Of a stretch of DNA of 64,000 nt, positions 1 through 9,645 are shown in pieces. The notes beneath the pieces were generated by a model. The model made no database searches and was not told the origin of the DNA. It saw only the letters and a list, made by a program, of their open reading frames with translations. Both the position numbers and the translations under genes were made by a program. Positions within the stretch are counted from its first letter, which is position 1; every line of letters starts with the position of its first letter. Source of the DNA: Myxococcota bacterium. GTDB taxonomy: Bacteria > Myxococcota_A > Bradymonadia > UBA7976 > UBA1532. Location: the NCBI GenBank assembly GCA_018813065.1, contig JAHJCH010000171.1, forward strand, positions 871-64,870. The letters run 5' to 3'.

Positions 1-597
1 TTCATCCAACCGCCCGTCTTGGGCCTCCAGCAGCGCGCGGGCGTACTCGGGCACGGCGCGGGTCTGAAAATGGGCCGCCAGGCGCCGCGCCAGGGTGCTC
101 TTGCCCGTGGATTCTGGCCCAAAGACGCAGACACGGCGTAGAAAATGGGCGCGCACCGGCGGCGGCAGATCGATCCAGTGATCCAGGGGGGCCTCACGGA
201 TGGCCGTGCCGCTGATGGGCACGGTTTGACGGCCCGGATCGAAGGGGATAAATGTGGCGCCCAGCGTCTCGGCGAGCCTTTGACCGTACGCCTCGGAGGC
301 GAACACATAATCCGGCGGGCGTGGCAGGACGCGCAGCAGACTTGCGCGCCAAATTTGCCAAAAATCGGGGCGCTCGGCGGGATCTTGCGGGTTCTCATCG
401 GTGAGATGGACCACCCGCGCGCCGCCGCAGAGCTGGCGCATCCACTCAAAGCGCAGCGCGCCGGGGATCGGCTCACGCGCGAGGGTGCCGACCACCACCG
501 TTAGCTCATCCACGAGCCCTTGAGCAAAGCGGATCAGCTGTAGATGCCCGTGATGTGGCGGTAAAAATTTGCCCAAGACCATTCCGGTGACATGCAT
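1..597 (-). CDS. NadR-type bifunctional NMN adenylyltransferase / ribosylnicotinamide kinase, 3' end cut by window edge
   Basis: Reverse-strand translation from the ATG at 597 gives MHVTGMVLGKFLPPHHGHLQLI, which carries the nucleotidyltransferase GKFxPxHxGH motif. Further on it gives VCVFGPESTGKSTLARRLA, the P-loop of the kinase domain. The frame stays open to position 1. It is absent from the ORF track because it is partial. Confidence 0.6.
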   Translation of the reverse strand, partial: MHVTGMVLGKFLPPHHGHLQLIRFAQGLVDELTVVVGTLAREPIPGALRFEWMRQLCGGARVVHLTDENPQDPAERPDFWQIWRASLLRVLPRPPDYVFASEAYGQRLAETLGATFIPFDPGRQTVPISGTAIREAPLDHWIDLPPPVRAHFLRRVCVFGPESTGKSTLARRLAAHFQTRAVPEYARALLEAQDGRLDE

Positions 598-608
598 TTT
601 TGTCAAGC

Positions 609-3329
609 TCATTCCGACGCTAAGGCCGCGCGGACATACAAATCGAGCAAGGCGGGGCTCGGTGGCGGGCAACGCAAGCCGGACTCCGCCTCGGCGCGCG
701 CCGTCTCAAAGCGCATCCCTGTTGCCTGAAAGAGATCCAGCGGGTGATCGCGGCGTGTCGCGGCCAGTCGTGCGGCGATCTCCTCAAAATCATCCGCCTT
801 CGCGTTGGCCCAAGCCTGGGCATCGACGCGGCGTATGGGGTGTCCGGCGCGGATCAAGGCGGCCTCCAGGTCTGCGAGGCCGCAGGGGACGGGGTTTGCC
901 AGATGATAGACACTCAAAGGGGCCTTGAGCGCCAAGCGGGTCATGGCCTCGGCGGCGAAGTCCACGGGGGTGATGTCCACGCTGGCCTCTACATCGGGGA
1001 TCGCGCCGCGCCGCGCCGCGCCGCGCAGGAAGACGCCCAGCCAGTCACGGCGTGGCGCGCGCCCCAGGGTCGTCGATCCGGTCAAGAGCCCCAGCCGATA
1101 GACGCTCAGCGGCGCGCCGCTGGCGCGCAGCATCACCTCCGCCGCCCACTTGGACTGGGCGTAGCCGCCAAAGACCGCGCGGGTGGCGCTGAGATCATCG
1201 GCCTCGCGGGCGAGCCCGTGGCGCTGATCCGTGGAGACGAAGACCGAGAGCGTCGAGGCGTAGTGCAGCGCCTTGGAGCGCCCCGCATAGACGAAGCGCA
1301 GGACGTTGAGGCAGCCCGCCACGTTGTTGGCGCGCAGCCGCGCGTAGTCGCGCGCCAGGTTGACCTCCGCCGCGCAGTGATAGACCGCCTCGACCTCCGC
1401 CGCGTGGCGCGGATCGAGCCCCAGATCAGGCCGCGTCAGATCACCGGCGAGGCCCATGACGCGCGATGGGTCGGGCGCGGGCAGGCCCCAGCGCGCGGCG
1501 ACCTCCTGGACACGCCACAGCGCCGCCTGATCATCCGCCGCGCGGGCGAGGCAGCGGATCTCGGTCACACCGTGGCGCGTCAAGGCGGCGAGGAGGTGGG
1601 CGCCGAGGAAGCCCGTCGCGCCCGTCAGCAAGATCACCCGAGGGGGCGAGGCCGACGCCACAAGGGGGCGGCGCAGCGCGGGGGGCAAGGCCACGTCCGC
1701 GCGCAGCGCCGCCGCTGTCATCTGATCGACGCCCCGCGCGCCCTCCGCCGCCTCGACGCGCGCCGCCATCCCCGCCAGGGTCGGCGCCTGATAGACATCC
1801 GCCGCCGACAGCGACAGCCCCGCCGCCTCGGCGGCGCCCAGCAAGGCGATGACCTGAAGCGAGTCGCCGCCCAGGGCGAAGAAGTCATCCTCGCGGCGCG
1901 GCGTAAAGCCCAAGACGGCCTGCCACAGCGCCGCAAGGCGCGCTTGAGTGGGGGTGAGCGTCTCTTCAGCGAAGACCGCCGCGTCGGGCTTGCCGCTCAA
2001 GGTCAGCGGCAGCGCGTCAAGGCTGATCCAGCGCTGGGGCACCATCCAGGCAGGCAGTGACTCGGCCAAGCGCGCCTTGAGGGTGGCCGCCGTCACCGGC
2101 GCGCGCCGCTCTATGCGTACACAAAGCTGCGCGGTGGTGCCCTCGCCCTCCAGCCCCGCCCAGGCCCGCCCGATCTCCGCCATCGCCTCCAAGCGCGCCT
2201 CGATCTCTTCAGGGGCGATGAGCCGCCCTCGGTGCTTGATCTGGCGATCCATCCGCCCGCCAAAGATGCGCGCCGCGCCGACGCGCGTCACCCGATCCCC
2301 CGTGCGATACCAGCGCCGCCCCTCATCGACGACGAAGCGATCAGCGGTCAACGCGGGCCGGTTGAGGTAGCCCCGCGCCAAGCAAGGCCCCGCCAACCAA
2401 AGCTCGCCATCGACGATCCGCTCCAGCACGCCAGGCAGCGGCGCCCCCAGATCCGGGCCTGACCAGCCCTCATCGCAGCGGACCAAGTGCGTGCAGACCG
2501 TGGCCTCCGTGGGGCCATAGACGCTGATGAGGCGCACCCGCGACGCCCAACGCCGCACCACCACCACGGGGCAAGGCGCCCCGCCGATGATCAGCGTCGT
2601 CAAGCAGGCGGGCGCGGCGGCGGGATCGAGCAAAGTCAGGAGCGCGGGGGGCAAATCCCAGTGCGTGACGCCGCGCGCGGCCAGCAGATCCATCCAAGCG
2701 GCGGGAGACGGGGGCGGATCGGGCTCGATCAGCAGCGCCGCGCCTGAGGAGAGGGCCACGCCCACATCAGAGATCGAGGCGTCAAAGCTGGGCGAGAGGG
2801 TCCACAGGGCGCGCGCCTGGGGATGGAGGCCAAAGGCCGCGGCTTGCGCCTCAAAAAGCGCGGGGAGGCCCGCGTGCGTCACCAAGACACCCTTGGGCGT
2901 GCCCGTAGAGCCCGATGTATAGATCAAATAGGCCAGGTCTTGGGCGCTCAAGGGCGCGGCCCAGGCTTCTGGGTGCGTGTCTGGCGCAAGGCGCGCCCAT
3001 TTTAGGGTTGTGTCCTCTGTGATCAAGGCGCGCGGCTGGGCATCAGCAAGGATTTCGCGCGTGCGGTTGGGCGGCGTGGCCGGATCGAGGGGCAAAAAGG
3101 CCACATTGGCCAGCCAGCAGCCCAAGGCGTTGATCAGCCACTCCGGCGAGCGCTGGAGGTGGATCGCCAAGAGATCGCCGCGCTGAAATCCCGCGCGATG
3201 TAGGGTCGCGGCGCGGCGCTGGGCGGCGTTGAGGAGGTCGCCATAGCTGAGCACCGTGTGTCCAGCGACGATCACCGCCGCCGCCCCAGGTTGGGCCGCC
3301 GCCTGGGCCAAAAAAGGGGCGAGGGTCAT
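609..3329 (-). CDS. NRPS-like A-T-R enzyme (adenylation, peptidyl carrier protein, C-terminal thioester reductase), carboxylic-acid-reductase type
   Basis: AMP-binding core LIYTSGSTGTPKGV. Carrier-protein 4'-phosphopantetheine site FFALGGDSL. C-terminal NAD(P)-binding LLTGATGFLGAHLL of a TD/SDR reductase domain. No condensation domain is present. Confidence 0.8.
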   Translation of the reverse strand: MTLAPFLAQAAAQPGAAAVIVAGHTVLSYGDLLNAAQRRAATLHRAGFQRGDLLAIHLQRSPEWLINALGCWLANVAFLPLDPATPPNRTREILADAQPRALITEDTTLKWARLAPDTHPEAWAAPLSAQDLAYLIYTSGSTGTPKGVLVTHAGLPALFEAQAAAFGLHPQARALWTLSPSFDASISDVGVALSSGAALLIEPDPPPSPAAWMDLLAARGVTHWDLPPALLTLLDPAAAPACLTTLIIGGAPCPVVVVRRWASRVRLISVYGPTEATVCTHLVRCDEGWSGPDLGAPLPGVLERIVDGELWLAGPCLARGYLNRPALTADRFVVDEGRRWYRTGDRVTRVGAARIFGGRMDRQIKHRGRLIAPEEIEARLEAMAEIGRAWAGLEGEGTTAQLCVRIERRAPVTAATLKARLAESLPAWMVPQRWISLDALPLTLSGKPDAAVFAEETLTPTQARLAALWQAVLGFTPRREDDFFALGGDSLQVIALLGAAEAAGLSLSAADVYQAPTLAGMAARVEAAEGARGVDQMTAAALRADVALPPALRRPLVASASPPRVILLTGATGFLGAHLLAALTRHGVTEIRCLARAADDQAALWRVQEVAARWGLPAPDPSRVMGLAGDLTRPDLGLDPRHAAEVEAVYHCAAEVNLARDYARLRANNVAGCLNVLRFVYAGRSKALHYASTLSVFVSTDQRHGLAREADDLSATRAVFGGYAQSKWAAEVMLRASGAPLSVYRLGLLTGSTTLGRAPRRDWLGVFLRGAARRGAIPDVEASVDITPVDFAAEAMTRLALKAPLSVYHLANPVPCGLADLEAALIRAGHPIRRVDAQAWANAKADDFEEIAARLAATRRDHPLDLFQATGMRFETARAEAESGLRCPPPSPALLDLYVRAALASE

Positions 3330-4162
3330 CGCGGTTGGATGTAATCGGGCAGGGCATCTCCCCCCGAACGGTTGTCTACACGCGGGGCACCCAGGCCCTC
3401 GGCGAAATCCCCAAGGTGGACAACGCGAAAGTCAAGGCTAAAGCGTGTCAGCCCCGTCGATTGGGGGCGCGTGGCGTGAAAATGGGCGCCGGAGAAGAGG
3501 AGATTTTCGCCGCAGCGGCAGTCAAAGCCCACGGCGGGGCCTGGATCAAAGCGATCTTGGGGGGTCTGGCCCGGATAGCGGGCCTTGAGGGCCGTGTCGT
3601 AGTCCTGCCAGCCCAGGCGATGGGCCAGGCCGCCCGCCCGCCAGCGCGTGTAGTCGAAGACCTCGGAGTCATTGGGCACCGGGCGGTCGAAGGCCGAGGG
3701 GTAGAAGACGAAGGTCTCCTCGGCGCGCAGATCAAAGAGGGGGATCCACCAGGTGATCAGGGCGTCGGGGTGGCCATACCAGGTGTCGCGGTGGGGGTAG
3801 TAGACGGGGGCCGCGCGCGGGTTGAGGTGGCCGTCATGGGCGACGACGCGCACACGCGCGGGATCAAAGGCGACGGCCTGAGGATCAAAGCCCGCGGCGG
3901 CCATCACGGCGCGCACGCGCGCTTGGTTTGTTTCGTCGAGGTAGAGCGCGCGCCGCGCCGCGCCGATGCCCTCAAAGAGCGCCTCTGGGCTGAGCCGCGC
4001 GTGGGCCTGGCGGATGGGCTCGCCGAGGACATCGCGCAGCACACGCAGCGCCGCGTCCACGAGATCGAGGCTGGCCTCATTGGGCGGGCGCTTGAATATC
4101 TGGCCTGCGTAGAGCGCGCGGCGCAGCGCGCGATGCTCGGCGGGTAGGGTGTCTTGGATCAT
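3326..4162 (-). CDS. hypothetical protein, possibly Fe(II)/2-oxoglutarate dioxygenase-like (PhyH-like); translationally coupled to the NRPS-like gene
   Basis: 278-aa ORF with a 4-bp overlap onto the downstream A-T-R gene. His/Asp-containing motifs PHRDTWYGHP and SGAHFHATRP. Family assignment is weak. Confidence 0.3.
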   Translation of the reverse strand: MIQDTLPAEHRALRRALYAGQIFKRPPNEASLDLVDAALRVLRDVLGEPIRQAHARLSPEALFEGIGAARRALYLDETNQARVRAVMAAAGFDPQAVAFDPARVRVVAHDGHLNPRAAPVYYPHRDTWYGHPDALITWWIPLFDLRAEETFVFYPSAFDRPVPNDSEVFDYTRWRAGGLAHRLGWQDYDTALKARYPGQTPQDRFDPGPAVGFDCRCGENLLFSGAHFHATRPQSTGLTRFSLDFRVVHLGDFAEGLGAPRVDNRSGGDALPDYIQPR

Positions 4163-4217
4163 CAGGGGCCTCTGTGGCGATCAGCGCCGCGCCCCGCCAA
4201 GGCAGCGCCCCATCGCG

Positions 4218-5207
4218 CTACTCAGGGACGCAGATCTCACCTTTAACGCCCGCCCAGAGCGTGCGCAATAAGACCGCCACGATCACCACGCTGGTCAGCA
4301 ATAAGAAGGTGTAGGCCATGGCTTGAAAGATCGGCAGCTTGGTCTTGGCGTAGAGCAGGAGGGTGCTGATGGTCAGGGCGTCGAGCGGGAAGGTGTAGGC
4401 CCACCAGGAGACGAAGAAGGGCAGCTTGAGGAAGCGGCCGATCAGCGTCATGAGCAGCAGGAAGGTGAACAGGCCGAAGTAGTACAAGACGCGGGCGAAG
4501 CCGTCCACCTCGCCGGTGAGCTTGACATAGGCGATGAAGCCCACGGCGGCCGGGGCGATGAGGATGAAGAGGGTGGGCCACAGCTTCTGCGGCAGCGCGG
4601 GGAGGAAGATCAGCCGGTAGAGCAAGACGGCGAAGAGGAGCCCCCAAAAGACAATCCCGACGCTGAAGAAGAACCAAGAGATCTCCACGTGGGCGTGGTT
4701 GACGCCGGTGATCGGCACCAAGATGGTGCCCACCACGGGGATAAACCACGCGGGGTTCATCGCCTCGATCTTCATCCCGCGACCCAGCCAGCGGTTGAGG
4801 ATGATCAGCGTATAGGCCAGGTGGAGCGGGGCGCCGATGAGCCAGAGGATCTTGGATATCTCGGGGTAGATCTCCAGGTAGGCGATGCTCAAGAGCAGCA
4901 GCGAGATCGAGAAGGCGGGGAAGAAGTTGATCTTGATGGGGTGGTTGAACTCGGCCTTGACCTCGCCAAAGGCCAAGGCGGCCTTGAGGAGGTAGAGCAG
5001 CGTCAAAAGGACAAACCAGCCCGAGGCGACATGGCGCAGCAGCTCACCGACGCCCCAGTGCAGCTTCATGATGTGCTCAAAGCGCAAAAAGGCGATGGCC
5101 AAGCCCACCAGCCCCATGACGGAGCCATAGAGCGTGACGGGGAGGTGGCTGAGCTTTCGAGTCGCCATAGTCAGACCTTTCATCAAGATGGCCCGCAGAT
5201 GCGCCAA
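4218..5207 (-). CDS. TDT family (TehA/Mae1-like) anion / C4-dicarboxylate transporter
   Basis: 329-aa polytopic membrane protein of about 10 hydrophobic helices. The N-terminus (MATRKLSHLPVTLYGSVMGLVGLAIAF) and overall architecture resemble the tellurite-resistance/dicarboxylate transporter family. Confidence 0.5.
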   Translation of the reverse strand: MAHLRAILMKGLTMATRKLSHLPVTLYGSVMGLVGLAIAFLRFEHIMKLHWGVGELLRHVASGWFVLLTLLYLLKAALAFGEVKAEFNHPIKINFFPAFSISLLLLSIAYLEIYPEISKILWLIGAPLHLAYTLIILNRWLGRGMKIEAMNPAWFIPVVGTILVPITGVNHAHVEISWFFFSVGIVFWGLLFAVLLYRLIFLPALPQKLWPTLFILIAPAAVGFIAYVKLTGEVDGFARVLYYFGLFTFLLLMTLIGRFLKLPFFVSWWAYTFPLDALTISTLLLYAKTKLPIFQAMAYTFLLLTSVVIVAVLLRTLWAGVKGEICVPE

Positions 5208-5277
5208 GCCCCCCGACTGTGACGGTCAGGGGCGAGCAGGGGGCGATGGGCGCCTTGAACGCTTGGGGGATGGGGGG

Positions 5278-5925
5278 CTAGAGCAGGCGGGCGACGGCGC
5301 GGACCGGCGAGCCATCGCCGCCCTTGAGCTGCAATGGCAGGCAGATCAGCTCAAAGCCGTCGAGGGGCAACGCGTCGAGCTGGGTGAGGTTCTCGATGAG
5401 CAACACCCCAGCGCTCAGCAGCGCGTGGTGGTTGAGCAGGTTGGGTGAGCCGACCGCATCGACGGAGATCATATCGACGCCGACGCCCTTGAGCCCGCGC
5501 GCGCTGAGCCAGTCCGCCGCGGCGTCTGTCAGCACAGGGAAGCCCTCGAAGTAGTCGGCCCGCCCCCAGCGACGCCACCAGCCAGAGCGCAAGATCACGA
5601 AGTCCGCGCCCTCGATTTGTGCCTCATGGGCCTTGAGGGTCGCCAGCGTGATGCTTGGCCCGGCGACGTCCACCACGCAGCCGGGGCCGATAAAGTGATC
5701 GACGGGGATCTGGTCGATCGACGCGCCGCCGGACAGCGTGTGCGCGGGCGCGTCGATGTGTGTCCCGGTATGCGTCAATAAGGTCAGCAGGTGCTCCTCA
5801 AAGCCCTGCTCGTCAAGGGTCGCCACGCGCTGAAACAGCGGTGAGGCGGTGCCTGGATAGACGGGCATCCCATCACGCAGCGTATGGGTCAGATCGAGGA
5901 GGCGCGTTGAGGTTCGCCGAATCAA
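5278..5925 (-). CDS. cyclase family protein (kynurenine formamidase-like)
   Basis: DLTHTL...GMPVYPG N-terminus and the HTGTHIDAPAH metal-binding motif typical of the putative cyclase family. 215 aa. Confidence 0.7.
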   Translation of the reverse strand: MIRRTSTRLLDLTHTLRDGMPVYPGTASPLFQRVATLDEQGFEEHLLTLLTHTGTHIDAPAHTLSGGASIDQIPVDHFIGPGCVVDVAGPSITLATLKAHEAQIEGADFVILRSGWWRRWGRADYFEGFPVLTDAAADWLSARGLKGVGVDMISVDAVGSPNLLNHHALLSAGVLLIENLTQLDALPLDGFELICLPLQLKGGDGSPVRAVARLL

Positions 5926-6696
5926 TCAATCATCCTTCTCATAGCGGACCAGGATCACTGTGATGTTATCGGTCCCACCGTTGTGATTCGCGCCATCAAT
6001 GAGGAGCTTGCAGGCTGCGTCCAGATCGGACTCTTTGTTTAAGATCGCCTCCATCTCCGGGTCGGTGAGCATCCCTGAGAGGCCATCAGAGCAGAGGAGA
6101 TAGATGTCTCCGTCCTGAGGCTTCTCCATCATCACGTCCACCTGCACAGTTTCTTTCATACCCAGGGCGCGGACGATGACGTTCTTATGTGGGAAGTTCT
6201 CGATCTCCTCCGGGGTGAGCTGGCGCATCTTGATGTAGTCATTGAGGAGGGAGTGGTCCTCGGTGATTTGAGTCAAGACCCCTTTGCGGAAACGATAGAC
6301 GCGGCTATCACCCACATGGCCGACATAGGCGGTGTCATTCATAAAGAAAACGGCCACGATCGTCGTGCCCATGCCCTTGAGCTTGCTGTCACGGGTGGAT
6401 GAGCTATGAATTTGACGATTGCTGAGCTTAATCCCCGTAATTAAACGGTTTTCTTCATAATGACGGCCCTTCTCCATTTTAAAAGGCCAGGTGATCTCGC
6501 CGTCCTCGGCGGTGGATCGGAAGAAGTCGCCGATCGTCTCCACAGACATCTGGCTGGCGACCTCACCTGAGGCGTGCCCGCCCATGCCATCGGCGACGAC
6601 GAAGAGGTTCTCCTCTCTAAAAATTTTGAGGCTGTCCTCATTATGAAGGCGCTTCATCCCCACATGAGTGTGGCCGGCAGAGGTGAGCTTCATCAC
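5926..6696 (-). CDS. PP2C-family Ser/Thr protein phosphatase
   Basis: FVVADGMGGHASGEVAS and YLLCSDGLS motifs. 256 aa, typical bacterial Stp-like size. Immediately upstream of the cyclase gene. Confidence 0.8.
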   Translation of the reverse strand: MMKLTSAGHTHVGMKRLHNEDSLKIFREENLFVVADGMGGHASGEVASQMSVETIGDFFRSTAEDGEITWPFKMEKGRHYEENRLITGIKLSNRQIHSSSTRDSKLKGMGTTIVAVFFMNDTAYVGHVGDSRVYRFRKGVLTQITEDHSLLNDYIKMRQLTPEEIENFPHKNVIVRALGMKETVQVDVMMEKPQDGDIYLLCSDGLSGMLTDPEMEAILNKESDLDAACKLLIDGANHNGGTDNITVILVRYEKDD

Positions 6697-6877
6697 GTTC
6701 CTCGGTGTAGTCTTAAACGATGGTGTTTGGGCTGAAAAAAGGCGCGGCCTGTTCGCCCTCGCGGCCCGCGCCGCGCAGAGGGCGCGCGCGCATAGGCTGG
6801 CGTAGGGGGCTCAGAGGGCGTAGGGATCCGCATAGCGCCGATCTAAGCGCGCTTTGATTCGAGACGCAATAAGTTAA

Positions 6878-8059
6878 GTGGGCTTAAAAGAGGAGGCGCG
6901 GATGCGCGTTGATCTGGGCTGGGGGCTGGAGCCGCTGCGTGTAGAGATCCCCGATGAGGCCCTCGTGCTCACCCCACCACAGGCCACCCCCTCCAACTGG
7001 AGCGCGTGCTTTGAGGCCGCCTTAGCCGCCCCGATCTATCCGGCGGGCGGCGCGGGCCTCGGCGGTCACAGGGCATTGCGCGCCCAAGCCCGAGGGCGCC
7101 GCGTGTGTGTCCTTGTCCCCGATGAGACGCGCAAGGACGTCGCCAGCCAGCTCTTGCCACGCCTGCTGCGCCACCTCCACGCCGATGATCCCGCGCGGGG
7201 GCCAGCGTCGATCAGCGTCGGCGTCGCCACGGGTAAGCACCCGCCCTGCGCCGCGCCGCCGGGCGCCTGGGTCCACCGCGCAGATGATCCAAGCCTCGTC
7301 TATGTCGGCCACACCGAGGCGGGCACCGACGTCCGCTTCCCGCGCGCCGTCGTCGAGGCCGATCTACGCATACTCCTGGGGGAGATCCGCCCACACTACT
7401 TCGCGGGCTACGCCGGCGGCGCCAAGGGGCTGTTTCCAGGGGTCGCCGGCGAGGCGGGCATCTGGCACAACCACGAGATGAAGGCGCTGGCAGGCGCGCG
7501 GCTGGGCCAGGTGGAGGGCAACCCCTGCCGCGCGGATATGGAGGCCGCCGCCGCGCTCGCTGGGCCGAGCTTTATCATCAACATCATCCGCGACGTCAGC
7601 GGCGCGCCGATCTCCGCCGTGGCGGGTGATCCCATCGCCGCCCACCGCGAGGGGGTCCGCCGCGCCGAGGCGATCTTCACCGTCGCCGCGCCGCGCCGCG
7701 CCCCCACCGTGATCGTCTCCGATCGCAGCCCCGTGACCATGAACCTCTACCAAGCCTGTAAGCTCCTGCCCCCCGCCGGGGCCATCCTGGAGGACGGCGG
7801 CCTGATCATCATGGCCGCCTCATGCCACGCCGGGATCGGCCCCGTGGAGGTGATCAATGACAAGATCTATCGCCTGGGCATCCGCCATAGCCTGCCGCCG
7901 CGCCACCGCGTCGCCCTCGTCTCCTCTCAGCCCGCCGCCGCCGTCGCGCCCACCTTCGCCGAGCACGCGCCGAGCGTAGAGGCGGCGCTGGCGGGCCGCG
8001 CCGGGCCGGTCGTGGTGCTGCCCTTCGCCGGGGATCTGGTGGTGCGCGCGGAGGTTTGA
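6878..8059 (+). CDS. LarA-like (lactate racemase family, DUF2088) protein
   Basis: EIRPHYFAGYAGGAKG matches the PHxxAG(F/Y)(S/A)GGxK signature carrying the cofactor-tethering Lys of LarA homologs. 393 aa. Confidence 0.45.
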   Translation: MGLKEEARMRVDLGWGLEPLRVEIPDEALVLTPPQATPSNWSACFEAALAAPIYPAGGAGLGGHRALRAQARGRRVCVLVPDETRKDVASQLLPRLLRHLHADDPARGPASISVGVATGKHPPCAAPPGAWVHRADDPSLVYVGHTEAGTDVRFPRAVVEADLRILLGEIRPHYFAGYAGGAKGLFPGVAGEAGIWHNHEMKALAGARLGQVEGNPCRADMEAAAALAGPSFIINIIRDVSGAPISAVAGDPIAAHREGVRRAEAIFTVAAPRRAPTVIVSDRSPVTMNLYQACKLLPPAGAILEDGGLIIMAASCHAGIGPVEVINDKIYRLGIRHSLPPRHRVALVSSQPAAAVAPTFAEHAPSVEAALAGRAGPVVVLPFAGDLVVRAEV

Positions 8060-9645
8060 CGCGCCCTGCCCTGGGCTATAGCCTGCGCTGCATGAACAGC
8101 ATCGCTTGTGCGCTGACGATCGCGCTCAGCCTGGCCCTCATCGCCTGCGGCGCGCCCCCCAAGGGCCCCTCCCCGGCGCTGATGCGCGCCTTCGGCCAAG
8201 CGGGCTTAGCGGCGACGGCGGGCCGCCTGGATCAAGCCGCCGCGCTCTACGATCAGGCCACGCGCGTCTCGCCCACGGCGGTGGAGGCTTGGCTGGCGGC
8301 GGCGGAGGTCTACGCCCTGCTGGATCGCTGGGTGGAGGCGCGCGCCCGCGCTGAGCAGGCGCGTCGGCTTGAGGGGGAGACGCCCAGGGTCGTTCAAGCC
8401 CTGGGCGCCGCGCTGCGCCGCCTGGACGCGGAGGAGGAGGCCGTGGCCCTCTATGAGCGCGCGATCCAGACTCACCCCGATGATCCCCTGGCCTGGGAGG
8501 CCCTGGGCGCGCTGGCGCTCAAGCGCGAGGCCTGGGAGGAGGCGGCGCGCATCTTCGCTCGCTTGACGCAGATCACCCCCCATCAAGCCACCTATTGGCT
8601 CCAACGCGCCGAGGTGGATTTGCAGCGCTACCAGCTCCTCAGCGCCGCCGAGGCCTTTGAGCGCGCGCTCAACCTCGACCCCGACTATCACGCCCTCAAC
8701 CACCGCGTCCTCGCCATCGGGCTACAGATGGGCGATCTCACCATGGCGCGCCGGGCCATGCACCGCCTCCAGCCCAACCCGCTCATCGCCGATCTGACCC
8801 TGGCGGGGCTCCTCCTCAAGCGCGGCGATCCCCTGGAGGCCTACAACGCCCTTGAGGCCCACCTCAATGACTGGCCGGAGCACCACAGCGCGCGGCTCAA
8901 TCAAGCGCGCGTCTTGGCGCGGATCGGTCAAGACGAGGAGGCCATCGCGCTGTTGGCGGAGATCCCCAAGGGGGCGCCGCAGCGCGCCCAAGCGCAGCGA
9001 TTGATCGTGGAGCTTCAGCTGCGCGGCGGCGAGGTCGAGGACGCCCTGGCCCTGATCGAGCGGGCGCGGGCGCGCCGCGATGGGCTGGACTGGGCGCGCC
9101 TGCACGCCCAAGCCCTGATGGCCTCGGGGCGCCTTGAGGCGGCCGAGGGGGTCATCGAGGCGGGGCTTGAGCGCTGGCCGACGCGCGCGGACTTCCACCT
9201 CCTGCGCGCCCAGCTCGCCCAACGGCACGGCGATCAAGCCTCGGCGCTGGAGCGGATGCACGCCGTGCTGGAGATCCACCCCAATCACCCCCAGGCCCTC
9301 AGCTACATCAGCGGGATCTGGGTGGAGGCGGGGGTCAACCTCGACGAGGCCGAGCGGATGATCCGCGCCGCGCTGCGCCAAGCCCCCGAGGACCCTGCGA
9401 TCAATGACACCCTGGGGCGGCTCCTCTTTCGCCAGCGGCGGCTCAAGGAGGCGGCGGAGGTCTTGCGCTTCGCGCTCTCTCACGCGCCGGGGGAGGTCAA
9501 CATCATCGCCCACCTCGCCGAGGTGCTGTGGGCCTCGGGGCAGGGCGATGAGGCTCGCCGCTACCTGAGCCGGGCGCTGCACCTGGCAGATGATCAAGAG
9601 ACGCGGCGCGCCATCGAGGCGCGCCTGAAGAGGCTTACACCATGA
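8056..9645 (+). CDS. TPR-repeat lipoprotein
   Basis: Lipobox LALIACG after a hydrophobic leader. Multiple 34-residue TPR-like repeats (AWLAAAEVYALLDRW..., ALGAALRRLDAEEEAVALYERAIQTHPDD...). TTG start overlaps the upstream stop. Confidence 0.7.
   Translation: MTRPALGYSLRCMNSIACALTIALSLALIACGAPPKGPSPALMRAFGQAGLAATAGRLDQAAALYDQATRVSPTAVEAWLAAAEVYALLDRWVEARARAEQARRLEGETPRVVQALGAALRRLDAEEEAVALYERAIQTHPDDPLAWEALGALALKREAWEEAARIFARLTQITPHQATYWLQRAEVDLQRYQLLSAAEAFERALNLDPDYHALNHRVLAIGLQMGDLTMARRAMHRLQPNPLIADLTLAGLLLKRGDPLEAYNALEAHLNDWPEHHSARLNQARVLARIGQDEEAIALLAEIPKGAPQRAQAQRLIVELQLRGGEVEDALALIERARARRDGLDWARLHAQALMASGRLEAAEGVIEAGLERWPTRADFHLLRAQLAQRHGDQASALERMHAVLEIHPNHPQALSYISGIWVEAGVNLDEAERMIRAALRQAPEDPAINDTLGRLLFRQRRLKEAAEVLRFALSHAPGEVNIIAHLAEVLWASGQGDEARRYLSRALHLADDQETRRAIEARLKRLTP

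Noticed and set aside
145-504. 119-aa plus-strand ORF
   Set aside because: Lies antisense inside the nadR-like gene, which has clear NMNAT and P-loop motifs. Typical high-GC spurious ORF.
744-2060. 438-aa plus-strand ORF and other ORFs antisense to the NRPS-like gene
   Set aside because: Arg/Ala/Gly/Pro-rich low-complexity translation. The opposite strand encodes well-conserved A-T-R domains.
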